Assembly: GCA_973895155.1 (NCBI GenBank)
Contig: OZ316898.1
Coordinates: 9,101,079 to 9,165,078, forward strand
Direction: 5' to 3'
DNA length: 64,000 bases
Source of the DNA: Marsupella aquatica
Taxonomy: Eukaryota > Plantae > Marchantiophyta
Position numbers and translations under genes: made by a program. This document shows positions 63,212 through 64,000 of this stretch, one piece after another; positions within the stretch are counted from its first letter, which is position 1; every line of letters starts with the position of its first letter. The notes beneath the pieces were generated by a model. It was not told the DNA's origin and made no database searches. It saw only the letters and a list, made by a program, of their open reading frames with translations.

Positions 63212-64000
63212 ATGGCCTCTAGGAAACGTACAAAGGTTGACCACCCGCCTCTGTTGGCTGGAATCAAAGCCATTTTGATTCCTGGCCACTATGGGTTCAC
63301 CCAAGTGAGTTGGCCAATCGTACAAAAACGATTCTCAGAGTTCCATGGGACTGAAGTCAAGGACATCACTCCACAGACTACACATGTTGTTGCGGGGACA
63401 TGGCTGGATGTGATGAACAAGTGGTCATGGTCCTTCATTGATTCTGCCATTACCAACCAAGGTCTAAAAGTAGTTGAAGTCTCTTGGCTGACCGATTCTG
63501 TTAAACATAGGTGTGTACAGAGTACTGAGCAATATGAGTTGTGGGAGAGTGAGGAGGCCACTGCAGAGGCTTTGGCTGAAAAGGAAGCCTATGAAGCAGC
63601 GGCAGAGAAACCCAACTTTGCTTCTGTCCAATATGGACCTGTTGTCAACATAGGACACCATCCTATGCGTGCAGATGCTATATTGAATGAGCATGGCAAG
63701 GAGAGAAATACCATTATGAAGGGGTTCAGTGTGGTATTTGCAGAAGAAGGAATTGGGGAGACTAAGTGCAGACTGTACAAGTCTATAGTTGTTGAGCTAG
63801 GTGGGACAGTGGAGGAGAGTCTAACAGAAACCTCCACTCATGTTGTAGGTCTGTCATACATGAAAATATGCAGAAAATTCTTTAAGACAACAGTGCATGA
63901 TTTTGTCATGAACAACAATCTTTGGGTGCTTTCCCCTGATTGGCTTCTGGAATCAGCAGCTAGAGGGAAGCGACAGAATGCTTGGGACTTTGATATTTTT
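63212..64000 (+). CDS. Tandem-BRCT protein (at least 263 aa, open to the window end; not in the supplied ORF track)
   Basis: MASRKRTK...LLAGIKAILIP...FHGTEVKDITPQTTHVV...KVVEVSWLTDSVK...YEL (BRCT1); acidic linker; IMKGFSVVFAEEGIGETKCRLYKSIVVELGGTVEESLTETSTHVV...VLSPDWLLESAARGKRQNAWDFDIF (BRCT2). Confidence 0.8.
   Translation, partial: MASRKRTKVDHPPLLAGIKAILIPGHYGFTQVSWPIVQKRFSEFHGTEVKDITPQTTHVVAGTWLDVMNKWSWSFIDSAITNQGLKVVEVSWLTDSVKHRCVQSTEQYELWESEEATAEALAEKEAYEAAAEKPNFASVQYGPVVNIGHHPMRADAILNEHGKERNTIMKGFSVVFAEEGIGETKCRLYKSIVVELGGTVEESLTETSTHVVGLSYMKICRKFFKTTVHDFVMNNNLWVLSPDWLLESAARGKRQNAWDFDIF

Overview
Eukaryotic nuclear DNA from a land plant, probably a non-seed plant such as a bryophyte (inferred from the DYW-PPR, intron style, CRE-type retroposon and CACTA type). 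The left ~42 kb holds intact intron-containing host genes: the 3' end of a DYW-type PPR RNA-editing factor, LPA3, a URGT-family nucleotide-sugar transporter, HEME (uroporphyrinogen decarboxylase), ASF1, and an At1g73970/PEX8-like protein ending in SKL. LPA3 and the PEX8-like gene each carry a U12-type (minor spliceosome) intron. Interspersed are a full-length but decayed Ty1/copia element (344-bp LTRs, CTCTC TSD), a tRNA-derived SINE family, a truncated CRE-like RLE retroposon, Helitron ends, MITEs and many local tandem repeats. The right ~20 kb is accessory: two incomplete O-methyltransferase copies, a spliced 79-aa Cys/His-rich micro-ORF and a decayed CACTA-like transposase. Divergent from the transposase is a run of small splice-acceptor-led ORFs: a Cys-rich ORF, a stand-alone EDM2-type PHD module (one in-frame stop) and an open tandem-BRCT ORF that runs off the window and is absent from the ORF track. 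This putative transposon-borne chromatin-reader/DNA-repair cassette is the best candidate for an undescribed system. All family calls are from motif recognition by eye; no searches were run.
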